This document shows, piece after piece, positions 24,301 through 33,077 of a stretch of DNA of 64,000 bases (position 1 is its first letter; each line of letters starts with the position of its first letter). A program made the translations under genes and the position numbers. The DNA comes from an uncultured Acidobacteriota bacterium (GTDB lineage Bacteria; Acidobacteriota; UBA6911), in assembly GCA_964534795.1 (NCBI GenBank), contig CAZHQK010000112.1, positions 2,277 to 66,276 of the forward strand. The letters run 5' to 3'. Under the pieces are notes generated by a model that saw nothing but the letters and a program-made list of their open reading frames with translations, had not been told where the DNA came from and did no database searches.

Positions 24301-26325
24301 CTAGAAGACGGCGCTCGGCGGCGCCGGCTCATCGGGCAGACCGGCGTGCTTGACCGGTATGCGGATGAGGATCCAGGCGATGACCGCCAGCACGATCAGA
24401 CTGATGAGAAAGCCGGGCTCCTCGAAGAAGTGGAACCAGCGGATCTCGAAGAAGGCCAGGGCCGCGAAAACCAGCCCGGTCAGAGCCTCGCCGGCGATCA
24501 GCCCGCTCGCAAGCAGCACGCCGGTGTTCTCGACCCGTGCCTTCTGGGCTTCGTTGTGCTTGCGGCCGGCGCTCACCATTTCCACCAGACCCTTGAAAAT
24601 GCCCCCCACGAAAATGGCGAACGTGGTTTCCAGGGGCAGGTACATGCCGACGCTCACCAGCATGGGGCTGCGCACCTGCATCAGGATGAAGCAGGCCCCC
24701 ATGAACATGCCGACGATGATCAGCGGCCATGCCATCTGGCCCTGAACGATACCCTGGGAGAGCAGCGCCATCAGGCTGGCCTGGGGCGCGGAAAGATTGC
24801 GCCCGCCCAGTCCGCCGCCGCCGAGGTTGATGTCGCCCTGGTGCAGGATGACCAGGGGCAGGAACATCACGAGCGACGCCAGTCCGACGCCCACCAGATC
24901 TCCGATCTGCATCTTCCAGGGCGTGCCTCCCAGGATGTGACCGGCCTTGAGGTCCTGCAGCATCTCCCCGGCGACCGCAGACGAGACGCACACCACGGCC
25001 GCGACCCCGAGAACGGCCGCAATGCCGGGGACCCCCTTCATCCCGAGCGCGACCATGAGGATCGCCGCCACCAGCAGCGTCGAGAGGGTCAGCCCGCTGA
25101 TCGGGTTGTTGCTCGAGCCGATGATGCCGACGAGGTAGCCGGAGACCGCGGCGAAGAAGAAGCCCGCGACGACCATGACGGCCGTGGCCACCAGGGCTGC
25201 GCCCACATTCTGCGCGAAATAGTTATAGATGAAAAACGTGGCCACGGCGGCCAGCAGCACCCCGATCATCACGGTCTTGAGGCTCAGGTCCAGGTCGGTG
25301 CGCACCGCCACCTGCTCGCCCGCCGCCGCCTTCTTCAGGTCGGCGATCGAACGGCGCATGCCGATCGCCAGGTTCTTCCTCATGCGGAACAGCGTGAAGG
25401 CGGCGCTCACCAGCATGCCGCCGATCGCGATGGGACGCACGATGTAGCGCCAGACGTTGTTGGCCATGGCCATCCATGTCCCATGGTCGCCGGCGGAACC
25501 TTCCGGCACCAGGCTCGGCCCGATGAAGTAGGTCAGGATGGGCACGAACAATCCCCAGGCCAGCAGGCCGCCGCTGAAATTCAGCGAGGCCAGCTTGGGA
25601 CCGATGATGTAACCGACCCCGATGTATGCCGGACTGACTCCCGGCGAACTGAGCACCAGCCCGCTCCTGGCCGTGACGCTCCCCGTGGCGCGCAAATCGA
25701 TGGTGGCCCGGGAAAACGGCACGAACTTTTCCCAGCGCGCGGCGAACAACTGCAGCTGCGCCAGCGCCTGGATCACCGCGCCCGCACCCATGGCGGAGAA
25801 GAGGAACCTGGCGCCGGTGCCCCCGGCACGCCCCGCCTTATGAATTTCCGCAGCCGCCACCGACTCCGGGAAGGGAAGCTCGGGGTCCTCGACCATGACG
25901 CGGCGCAGCAGCGCCACGAACATGATGCCGAGCACGCCGCCGACGAACATGATGGCGGCCGACTGCAGATAATGTCCCCGGGTGGCGAAATCGGGCCAGA
26001 TCCCCGCAATGAAAAAGGCGGGCAGGGTGAAGATCGCCCCGGCAGCCACCGACTCGCCGATGGAGCCGACCGTTCGGGCGAAGTTCTCTTCCAGAATGTT
26101 TCCTTTCATGATGCGCAGCAACGCCATCCCGATCACGGCGGCGGGATAGGTGGCGGCGATGGTCATCCCCGCCTTCAGGCCCAGATACGCATTGGCGGCG
26201 CCGAGCACGACGCACATGACCAGACCGATGACCAGGGCTCGCGCGGTGAATTCCTTCAGCTCGGTTTCCGCAGGTACGTACGGCTTGTATTTCGGAGAAG
26301 ATCCCGTCTGTTTCGCTTCGGCCAT
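24301..26325 (-). CDS. OPT-family oligopeptide transporter
   Basis: ATG 26325 with GAGGAG RBS. KEFTARALVIGLVMCVVLGAANAYLGLKAGMTIAATYPAAV. About 16 TM segments over 674 aa. Confidence 0.85.
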   Translation of the reverse strand: MAEAKQTGSSPKYKPYVPAETELKEFTARALVIGLVMCVVLGAANAYLGLKAGMTIAATYPAAVIGMALLRIMKGNILEENFARTVGSIGESVAAGAIFTLPAFFIAGIWPDFATRGHYLQSAAIMFVGGVLGIMFVALLRRVMVEDPELPFPESVAAAEIHKAGRAGGTGARFLFSAMGAGAVIQALAQLQLFAARWEKFVPFSRATIDLRATGSVTARSGLVLSSPGVSPAYIGVGYIIGPKLASLNFSGGLLAWGLFVPILTYFIGPSLVPEGSAGDHGTWMAMANNVWRYIVRPIAIGGMLVSAAFTLFRMRKNLAIGMRRSIADLKKAAAGEQVAVRTDLDLSLKTVMIGVLLAAVATFFIYNYFAQNVGAALVATAVMVVAGFFFAAVSGYLVGIIGSSNNPISGLTLSTLLVAAILMVALGMKGVPGIAAVLGVAAVVCVSSAVAGEMLQDLKAGHILGGTPWKMQIGDLVGVGLASLVMFLPLVILHQGDINLGGGGLGGRNLSAPQASLMALLSQGIVQGQMAWPLIIVGMFMGACFILMQVRSPMLVSVGMYLPLETTFAIFVGGIFKGLVEMVSAGRKHNEAQKARVENTGVLLASGLIAGEALTGLVFAALAFFEIRWFHFFEEPGFLISLIVLAVIAWILIRIPVKHAGLPDEPAPPSAVF

Positions 26326-26755
26326 AACGACTCCTCGATGGTGGAAAGAACTCTTCGACGGCATCGGGAGTGCCCGCAGGCGCCCCGCGTGTCCCCCATT
26401 ATCCACGGGCAGGCCCGGTCGCGAAAGTCATAAATCGGCGGAAAGCGCCCGCATCCCCGGGCTGGAGTACAATGGGGCCGCGGGCGGCGGCGAAAAAGCC
26501 GCGGCCGCGCGGGTGCCGGACGGTCGGCGCGGCGCCACGATGATCCCGGCCGGCTTCGCTCGCCGACTCAGGGACCGAAGGGCAAAGGGCCGGCAGGAAT
26601 GGACACTAGATGCTCCACGGGGACAACCTGCGCGATGGCAATCCCGGCCCCTTTGTCCCTCGGCCCCTCGTGACAACTGAGGATAGCGCGACCGGAAGTA
26701 ACCGGTATCCGATCAACTGTGCGGTTTCCGAAACGATGGCGGAGGTCGGACACAC

Positions 26756-27154
26756 ATGTGGGAGCAATTCGAGGTGCGCACACCGTCACACGCATGCCTG
26801 GTGGACATCACGTCGCAGGTCGAGCGGGTCGTCGCTCAAAGCAAAACCGGCGACGGGCTCTGTTACATCTTCGTCCCGCATACGACGGCCGGGCTGACCA
26901 TCAATGAGAACGCCGATCCGACGGTCCGATCCGACCTTCTGCGGGAGCTCGACAAGATCGTGCCCTGGCAGGACGCATACGAGCACACGGAGGGCAACGC
27001 GGCCGCCCATATCAAGTCGAGCCTGCTCGGGCAGGGTCACTTCGTGCCGGTCGAAAACGGCAGGCTCGGGCTCGGGACCTGGCAGGGCATTTTTCTCGCC
27101 GAGTTCGACGGTCCGCGCACGCGCAAGGTCCGGGTGAGGGTCATTCCCGGTTAG
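26756..27154 (+). CDS. YjbQ/UPF0047 family (secondary thiamine-phosphate synthase-like)
   Basis: GGAGG 10 nt upstream. ...CYIFVPHTTAGLTINENADPTV...EGNAAAHIKSSLLG...GTWQGIFLAEFDGPRTRKV. Confidence 0.85.
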   Translation: MWEQFEVRTPSHACLVDITSQVERVVAQSKTGDGLCYIFVPHTTAGLTINENADPTVRSDLLRELDKIVPWQDAYEHTEGNAAAHIKSSLLGQGHFVPVENGRLGLGTWQGIFLAEFDGPRTRKVRVRVIPG

Positions 27155-27270
27155 GGGATGCCTCGGACACCGGCCGGGCGGATGACGGCGAGCAGGCTGC
27201 CGGCTGCCGCCGGCACGGCAATCTGCAGGCAGGCCGCCACCAGATTCCCCCGGTGCAGGGGAAACGCCAT
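27151..27270 (-). CDS. 39-codon micro-ORF encoding a single-TM peptide downstream of blaI-like gene
   Basis: ATG 27270 lies 5 nt after GGAGG. MAFPLHRGNLVAACLQIAVPAAAGSLLAVIRPAGVRGIP. Its stop overlaps the convergent yjbQ stop. It occupies the position where a BlaR1/M56 sensor gene normally sits. Coding status is unproven. Confidence 0.3.
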   Translation of the reverse strand: MAFPLHRGNLVAACLQIAVPAAAGSLLAVIRPAGVRGIP

Positions 27271-27318
27271 GGCCCCTCCTTCCACCGCCGCCGCGGCGGA
27301 ACCTCGCGAACGTCCCGG

Positions 27319-27672
27319 TCACCGCTCCCGGATCATGCGCGCGATCCGCTGCCATTGCTGGGGAGAGACCTGCCCCTCTTCCACCAGGTGGGCGAGCAGC
27401 GGCTCGGCCGAGCCGTCGAAGACGCGCCGGATGAAATCGCGCACCATGCGCCGCACCATCGCCCGGCGCCCGGCGGCCGCCCGGTAGACGTAGGCGCGCC
27501 CGCGCAGGCGGCGCGCCAGATAGCCTTTGGCCTCCATGATGTTCATCGTGGTCATGACCGTGGTGTAGGCGAGCGCACGGCGGCGCCGCAGCGCCTCGTA
27601 CACGTCGCGCACCGTGGCCTGCCCCAGGCGCCACACGATCTTCAGGATCTCCAGTTCCTGCCGGGTCGGCAT
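27319..27672 (-). CDS. BlaI/MecI/CopY-family winged-helix transcriptional repressor
   Basis: MPTRQELEILKIVWRLGQATVRDVYEAL...YTTVMTTMNIMEAKGYLAR. The second ATG (27672) has GGAG 4 nt upstream, whereas ATG 27690 has no RBS. Confidence 0.8.
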   Translation of the reverse strand: MPTRQELEILKIVWRLGQATVRDVYEALRRRRALAYTTVMTTMNIMEAKGYLARRLRGRAYVYRAAAGRRAMVRRMVRDFIRRVFDGSAEPLLAHLVEEGQVSPQQWQRIARMIRER

Positions 27673-27697
27673 CGCTCCTGCGGTTTTCATAGTGCTG

Positions 27698-27717
27698 AAA
27701 CATCAGTACGAATGTTT
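27698..27717. promoter_or_regulatory. inverted repeat AAACAT-N8-ATGTTT upstream of the blaI-like gene (candidate auto-operator)
   Basis: Read directly. The centre contains TACGA. A TTGACG hexamer (minus strand, 27728-27723) lies just upstream, so the repeat would overlap the spacer and -10 region. Confidence 0.3.
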
Positions 27718-27872
27718 GCGGCCGTCAAGAAAAAAAGCAGCCGCGCACGCGAGAATGAGGCACGTGCCGCCGGCCGTCGGCCGGCGAGCGCCGCGCTCAC
27801 GCCGTGGTGCGCGATCACGCCGGCCGTGTGCCCGGAGATGCATGCGCGCCCGAGCTCGGGCCGCGCCGCCTG

Positions 27873-28424
27873 CTATCGGTTTCTGCCCTTGAGAATCAGA
27901 TCCAGAAACTCCATGCGCGTCTCCTGGCGTCGGAAGCTGCCGAGCATGGAGCTGGTGACGGCCCGGGAATTCTGCTTTTCCACGCCGCGCATGATCATGC
28001 ACATGTGCTGCGCCTCGGTCACCACGCCGACCCCCTGGGGCTGTATGGTCCTGTAAATGGTTTCGGCGATCTGAGTCGTGAGGCGCTCCTGAACCTGCAG
28101 CCTGCGGCTGAACATCTCGACCAGGCGCGCTATCTTGCTCAATCCGATGACCTTCTTCTGCGGAATGTAGGCCACATGGCACTTCCCGAAGAAAGGGAGC
28201 AGGTGATGCTCGCACAGGCTGAAGAAGTCGATGTCGGCCACGATGACCATCTCGTCGTACTTGACTTCGAAGAGGGCGTTGTTCACGACGTCGTCGACGT
28301 CGTATCGGTACCCGCTGGTGAGAAACCGCAACGCCTGCTCGACCCGGGCCGGGGTGTCCTTCAGACCGTCACGTTCGGGGTCCTCCCCGAGTTCGATGAG
28401 TATCTTGCGTATGTAGTCCTGCAT
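27873..28424 (-). CDS. folE: GTP cyclohydrolase I
   Basis: Full-length match to the FolE pattern: ...[22 protein letters not shown]...[17 protein letters not shown]... Confidence 0.9.
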   Translation of the reverse strand: MQDYIRKILIELGEDPERDGLKDTPARVEQALRFLTSGYRYDVDDVVNNALFEVKYDEMVIVADIDFFSLCEHHLLPFFGKCHVAYIPQKKVIGLSKIARLVEMFSRRLQVQERLTTQIAETIYRTIQPQGVGVVTEAQHMCMIMRGVEKQNSRAVTSSMLGSFRRQETRMEFLDLILKGRNR

Positions 28425-28526
28425 AAGTGCGATTCCGTCAGTGTCCGAATTCCATGATGTTGCCGCGGCGGGCAGTCCGAACGGGGCGGGGGTCGCGGCT
28501 TTCGGGATGCCTGGCGCAACCCGTTA

Positions 28527-28555
28527 AGACTACGGTCATGGCGCGCCCTTGTCAA
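28527..28555 (-). promoter_or_regulatory. candidate sigma70-type promoter for folE
   Basis: Minus strand: TTGACA, 17-nt spacer, TAGTCT, about 100 nt upstream of the folE ATG. Confidence 0.35.
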
Positions 28556-28612
28556 TGCCGGCCGAACCGCCGGGCCCGGCGCCCGATGAGGCATGTGGCG
28601 TTCGGCCGGGTG

Positions 28613-28641
28613 TTTACAGCCCGGCCGAAAACCGCTAGACT
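28613..28641 (+). promoter_or_regulatory. candidate sigma70-type promoter for the yihY-like gene
   Basis: TTTACA, 17-nt spacer, TAGACT, about 110 nt upstream of ATG 28753. Confidence 0.35.
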
Positions 28642-28752
28642 GTCCCCGGGCTGGATTCCCTTCAGAACGGGCGGCATGCAGGAGAGATCCCGCATCATGC
28701 GGGCAGAAACAGGGAAAGACACCTCGGTCGGAGGAGCACCGGCAGGAACGCC

Positions 28753-29688
28753 ATGAGGGAAAGTGTCTTCGCACCCAAGAGAATCGGACTGGCTCTCGCG
28801 CGCGCCGCCAGGGCCATGATGACGCCCGAGACGCCGAGAGACGCCGGATCGATCTCGTATTTCAGCCTCATTGCACTGTTCCCCGCCATCCTCGTCCTGA
28901 TAGCGATCGTGGATGCCTTCCTGGGATGGGTGGATCTCCATGACCTGGTGGTGACGACGATCGCCGCGCTCTTTCCGGGCTCCCGGCGCTTTCTGGAATC
29001 GGACCTGAGAGAAGTCACCAATCCGTCTCCCGCACTGCTGCTCTCCTGCGCCTTTGCGGTCCTCTGGCTGTCGACGTGGATTTTCTCCTCGCTCGAAAAC
29101 GCCCTCAACCGCGCCTGGCGCGTGCGCACGCGCAGAAGTTTCTGGGAGAGCCGCCTGCGCAGCATTACGCTGATGTTGCTGGGGGGTATGCTGCTGCTGA
29201 CCTCGGCCGGCATCACCTGGGTCGTCAGCGCTCTGCGCTGGCGTGCCACCGACAAGGAACCCGCGTTCGCTCAGGATCAGCTCATCGCCGGGCTCTGGTC
29301 GGGGATCCTGCTCGCAAGCGGCCTCGCCATCGCCGTCGTGGTCTTCTTCTGCGTTTACAAGCTCATGCCCGACCGCAAGGTTCTGTGGCAGGAAGCCATT
29401 TCCGGCGCCGTGGTGGCCGCCGTCATGTGGGAAATCGCAAGCGGCATCTTCGTCCGTGTCCTTCCCGTATTCGACTCCGCCAAAGTCTACGGCAAGGCCG
29501 GAACCTTCATCGCCTTGCTCGTCTGGGTATACACCACAAGCCTCATCGTTCTTTTCGGCGCCAACTTCTCGGCGCAGCTGCACCGACCTTCCGAAGAGGA
29601 ACTGCGAGCGCGCGCCTCTGCCGAAACACCCTCCGAACGGGGCAAACCTCGCGAGGTCAGGATCCGCCCATTTCCGTTCCATCGCTGA
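28753..29688 (+). CDS. YihY/BrkB-family inner-membrane protein
   Basis: ...DAGSISYFSLIALFPAILVLIAIV... followed by 6 TM helices; ...LVWVYTTSLIVLFGANFSAQL. Confidence 0.8.
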   Translation: MRESVFAPKRIGLALARAARAMMTPETPRDAGSISYFSLIALFPAILVLIAIVDAFLGWVDLHDLVVTTIAALFPGSRRFLESDLREVTNPSPALLLSCAFAVLWLSTWIFSSLENALNRAWRVRTRRSFWESRLRSITLMLLGGMLLLTSAGITWVVSALRWRATDKEPAFAQDQLIAGLWSGILLASGLAIAVVVFFCVYKLMPDRKVLWQEAISGAVVAAVMWEIASGIFVRVLPVFDSAKVYGKAGTFIALLVWVYTTSLIVLFGANFSAQLHRPSEEELRARASAETPSERGKPREVRIRPFPFHR

Positions 29689-29698
29689 GCATGCCCCC

Positions 29699-30736
29699 GT
29701 GAAGCTGAGCGACTTCGACTTCGACCTGCCCGAGCATCTCATCGCACAGCGCCCGGCGCCGCAGCGCGACCAGTCCCGCCTGATGATCGTACGGCGCTCG
29801 TCGGGAGAGATCGAGCATCGCGTCTTCCACGAACTCCCCGAAATCCTGGGCGCACTGGATTTCCTCGTGCTCAACAATACCCGGGTCATACCCGCCCGCC
29901 TCCGGGCCTCGCGCCCGGGCAGGAAAGAAAGCATCGAAGTCCTTTTGCTTCAACAGATAGAGGATGGATTGTGGCGCGCGCTGGTCCGGCCGGGGACAAA
30001 GGCCGGGCAGGGAATGACCCTCGAAATGGGCGGCCTCGAAGCGCTGGTGGAGGATATCCTGCCCGACGGCTCGAGGGTCTTGCGCTTCGGCGATCCGGCG
30101 CGCGTGGCCAAGAGCATCGAGAATTTCGGCCGCCCGCCCCTGCCGCCGTACATCCGCCGCTCGAAGGATTCGGATTTCAGCGAGGACCGGGAACGATATC
30201 AGACCATATATGCCAAGCATGCGGGATCGGTCGCCGCTCCCACGGCCGGTCTGCATTTCACCCCGGAAGTCATGCAGCGGCTCGCCCGCCGGGGCGTCGG
30301 GATGTGCGAGATCCTGCTGCATGTCGGCTACGGCACCTTCAAGCCGATCCGATGCGAGGAAATCGATCGCCACCGCATGGATCCGGAGTACTTCGAGGTG
30401 AGCGCCGAAGCGGCCGGCTGCATAGCGCAATACAAGCTCTCGGGCCGGCGGTTGGTCGCCGTCGGCTCCACAGTCACCCGCGTCCTCGAGCACCTCGGCG
30501 ATAAGGGATGGGAGCCGGGCCGCGCGGTCTCCGGCTATTGCGACCTGTTCATACGGCCGGGGCACACCTTTCGCATGGTCGAGGCGCTGCTGACCAATTT
30601 CCACCTGCCGCGCTCCACGCTTTTCATTCTCGTATGTGCCTTTGCCGGTCGGGAGCTGATGCTCGAATCCTATCGCCGGGCGATCGAAGAGCGCTACCGC
30701 TTCTTCAGTTACGGCGACTGCATGCTGATTCTCTGA
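29699..30736 (+). CDS. queA: S-adenosylmethionine:tRNA ribosyltransferase-isomerase
   Basis: GTG start. (M)KLSDFDFDLPEHLIAQRPAPQRDQSRLM...VLNNTRVIPARL...TAGLHFT...TNFHLPRSTL...YRFFSYGDCMLI. Confidence 0.9.
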   Translation: MKLSDFDFDLPEHLIAQRPAPQRDQSRLMIVRRSSGEIEHRVFHELPEILGALDFLVLNNTRVIPARLRASRPGRKESIEVLLLQQIEDGLWRALVRPGTKAGQGMTLEMGGLEALVEDILPDGSRVLRFGDPARVAKSIENFGRPPLPPYIRRSKDSDFSEDRERYQTIYAKHAGSVAAPTAGLHFTPEVMQRLARRGVGMCEILLHVGYGTFKPIRCEEIDRHRMDPEYFEVSAEAAGCIAQYKLSGRRLVAVGSTVTRVLEHLGDKGWEPGRAVSGYCDLFIRPGHTFRMVEALLTNFHLPRSTLFILVCAFAGRELMLESYRRAIEERYRFFSYGDCMLIL

Positions 30737-30891
30737 AGAGCGGCCGGCTGCAGGTCGATCAAGAAAGAGGCTTTACCGCAAGCCCGAAACTCGGGATGCG
30801 CGACCCCGAGGCAGGATTTTTGCTGACACGATAAGGGTAAAGCGAAATAATGTGGGTCCGGCGGCGTAGTTAGCCTCAAGAGGACTGAGCG

Positions 30892-31401
30892 ATGGACTGC
30901 AAAGGCATGGAAAAGCTGTTGCTGCGGCTGCCTGAGGAGCTCGCCGAAGCCGAACGCCGCGCGCTCGAATCCCACGTGCGCAATTGCAGCGTGTGCGCCG
31001 CCGAATGGCGGTTGGCCGGCCTCGCGCACCGGATCGGCAGTGCGCTCCCCGTACTGGAGCCTTCCCCCTTCTTTGCAACCAGAGTTCTGGCGGGGATTCG
31101 CGAGGAATCGCAGGGTGCCGCCTCATGGCAGGCCGTCCTGGCACTGTCGCGCCACGTGATACCCGCACTCGCGGCCGTCACCCTGCTGTTCGTTTCGATT
31201 TTCGCATATACCGAGCTGAGGCCGCCCGCGGTCGACCTCTATCAAACCTACGAGAGCATGTTCAGCCCTGCCGAGCGGACACAGCTGACGGTCATTGCGG
31301 ACCCCGGGGAAATTACGGACGAGGGCATCATGCGAGCGCTGGCGGAAGAGGACTACCAGATGCAATTGTCCAGGCCCCAGCTCGAGCCCAGGAGAGACTA
31401 G
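30892..31401 (+). CDS. zf-HC2-type putative anti-sigma factor, single-pass membrane protein
   Basis: AGAGGA RBS. HVRNCSVCAAEW (Hx3CxxC). TM segment VIPALAAVTLLFVSIFAY. No sigma factor gene is adjacent. Confidence 0.55.
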   Translation: MDCKGMEKLLLRLPEELAEAERRALESHVRNCSVCAAEWRLAGLAHRIGSALPVLEPSPFFATRVLAGIREESQGAASWQAVLALSRHVIPALAAVTLLFVSIFAYTELRPPAVDLYQTYESMFSPAERTQLTVIADPGEITDEGIMRALAEEDYQMQLSRPQLEPRRD

Positions 31402-31422
31402 GCAGAAGTCATCGAGGCGACC

Positions 31423-31842
31423 ATGAGATCGAGAACCAGCGCCACGCTGCTTCTCCTGGGGACATTCCTTCTCGGGGGAATATCCGGAGCGATCGGCTAT
31501 CATCTCTACCGGAGCCGGACCGCATCCGAAAGCTTGCAGCGGCCTCAGCGGCCGCCCGGCCGCCGCGACGTGGTCGAGGAGCTGGCCAAAGGGCTCGGCC
31601 TCGACGAAGGCCAGAAGGAAAAGCTGCGCGGCATATTCGCCGAGACCAGGGCCAAGTACCAGGCGCTGGAACGTCAGGTCCGGCCCCAGTACCAGGCCAT
31701 TCATGCCGAAACGGACGAGGCGATCCGCAGCATTCTCACCGAAGAGCAGAAGAAGCGCTTCGACGAGATCGTCCGTCGAGACCAGAACCGGCGCAAACCG
31801 CGCCCACCAGGCCCCATGAACGGCCGCCCGCCGGGCAGATAG
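31423..31842 (+). CDS. Spy/CpxP-like periplasmic LTXXQ-motif protein
   Basis: Signal anchor MRSRTSATLLLLGTFLLGGISGA. Helical repeats with LDEGQKEKL and LTEEQKKRF. Confidence 0.6.
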   Translation: MRSRTSATLLLLGTFLLGGISGAIGYHLYRSRTASESLQRPQRPPGRRDVVEELAKGLGLDEGQKEKLRGIFAETRAKYQALERQVRPQYQAIHAETDEAIRSILTEEQKKRFDEIVRRDQNRRKPRPPGPMNGRPPGR

Positions 31843-31845
31843 AGC

Positions 31846-31880
31846 CCGGGTGCAGGACCGTGCCTGCCGGCCGCACCCGG
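31846..31880. terminator. hairpin between convergent genes
   Basis: CCGGGTGC, 19-nt loop, GCACCCGG, located between the stop at 31842 (plus) and the stop at 31881 (minus). Confidence 0.3.
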
Positions 31881-32741
31881 CTACTCGCGGTCTGTGACCG
31901 TGCGGGCGAGAGTCAGGGCCGAGACGCGCAAAGCCCCGGCTTCGAGAAGAGCCGCAGCGGCGCCGGTCAGGGTCGCTCCGGTCGTCATCACGTCATCGAC
32001 GAGAAGCAGGCGGCGCCGGCTCACGAGTGCGGGGCGCCGGCAGCGGAAGGCACCGCGGAGGTTTTTCGCCCGTTCATCGGCGCTGAAGCCGACCTGCGGC
32101 GGTGTGTGGCGCACTCTGGTGAGCGCGCGCTCGCTGCATGGAATCCCGACCAGCCCGGCCAGCAGATGCCCCAGCAATCCCGACTGATTGTAGCCCCGCT
32201 CGCGCTGGCGCTTGCGGTGCAAAGGTACTGGAATCAGGAGATCGAAATCGCCGGGCCCCCAGGAGTCGCCATAGGCCGCCGCCATCAGCGGAGCCAGCAG
32301 GAGGGCCAGATCCTTGCGACCCCGGAACTTGAATGCCTGAATGACGCTGCGCAGCTCCCCCGAATAGACGCCGAACGACCGCGCGCCGGCAAACAGGGGC
32401 GGCCGCAGCATGCAGGCGCCGCAAATATGGTCCGCGCCCGCCTCCGCCGCCGCATAGGGCATCCCGCACGAGGGGCACCATGGCCTGCCGATTTTCATCT
32501 CCAGTATCCTGCGCCAGCATCCGCCGCAGACCCCGTGCTCGTGCCAGCGCGACACGGGTGCCGGGCAGCAGAGGCAGCTTTCCGGGTAGATCAGATTCAA
32601 CAAGGCATCGGCGAGTCGCCTGAGGAAGGAATCGGGGAGCTCGCGCCTGGCAGGGAAAAACACCCGTTGGCGAACTCCCGCCTGTAGCCCGCCGGGCGGT
32701 CTCAGCTCTCGAGCAGTCCCTTCTCGCTCAGCGACTGGCAT
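31881..32741 (-). CDS. comF: ComF-family phosphoribosyltransferase-like protein
   Basis: N-terminal Cys-rich zinc finger (CLCC...CGGCW...CPSCG...CGAC) and a PRTase motif LLLVDDVMTTGATL. The start is uncertain: ATG 32741 overlaps the upstream gene by 40 nt, and GTG 32663 is an alternative. Confidence 0.75.
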   Translation of the reverse strand: MPVAEREGTARELRPPGGLQAGVRQRVFFPARRELPDSFLRRLADALLNLIYPESCLCCPAPVSRWHEHGVCGGCWRRILEMKIGRPWCPSCGMPYAAAEAGADHICGACMLRPPLFAGARSFGVYSGELRSVIQAFKFRGRKDLALLLAPLMAAAYGDSWGPGDFDLLIPVPLHRKRQRERGYNQSGLLGHLLAGLVGIPCSERALTRVRHTPPQVGFSADERAKNLRGAFRCRRPALVSRRRLLLVDDVMTTGATLTGAAAALLEAGALRVSALTLARTVTDRE

Positions 32742-33058
32742 TTGAGGCAGTATCGAGCCCAGGGAACCGCCTCCAGCCGCCGGAGCTCGATGGGTTCCTC
32801 GCAGTGCGCGCAGATTCCGTAGGAATCGTGATCGATACGTTCCAGCGCCTCCCGGATCTGGACCAGCAGCCGCCGGTCGCCGGAACTCTTGCTGAAGGTG
32901 AAGTCCTTGGTGTAGGACTCCAGCGCCTGGTCGGCGATGTCCATGGCGTCGGAGCCTTTCTCGCGGCTGAACGCCTGGTCCTGACGGACGGTGCGGGCCA
33001 GGCTGAGCGCCTTTTCGCGAAGTTTCGTGCGGAAGTGGTTGAGCGTCTCCTCGTCCAT
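32702..33058 (-). CDS. DksA/TraR-family C4 zinc-finger protein
   Basis: Coiled-coil N-terminus, then CAHCEEPIELRRLEAVPWARYCLKC. Confidence 0.8.
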   Translation of the reverse strand: MDEETLNHFRTKLREKALSLARTVRQDQAFSREKGSDAMDIADQALESYTKDFTFSKSSGDRRLLVQIREALERIDHDSYGICAHCEEPIELRRLEAVPWARYCLKCQSLSEKGLLES

Positions 33059-33077
33059 CGATCCCTTTCCCGCGCCT

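Noticed and set aside
23230-26433. 1067-aa plus-strand ORF spanning pepD and the OPT transporter
   Set aside because: It is antisense to two genes with unmistakable family signatures. It is rich in R/H/D/G/P with no hydrophobic-core pattern.
26600-26755. A TPP riboswitch in front of yjbQ
   Set aside because: The conserved TPP aptamer elements (CUGAGA, the pyrimidine-sensor helix and the ACCUGAUC...GCCAGCG region) could not be found by eye on either strand.
6629-27690. A coherent beta-lactam resistance island (class A beta-lactamase-like gene, penicillin acylase, BlaI)
   Set aside because: The three genes are 9-10 kb apart, on different strands, and interleaved with unrelated genes. No BlaR1 is present and there are no mobility genes or flanking repeats. 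The co-occurrence is most likely coincidental in a soil-type genome.
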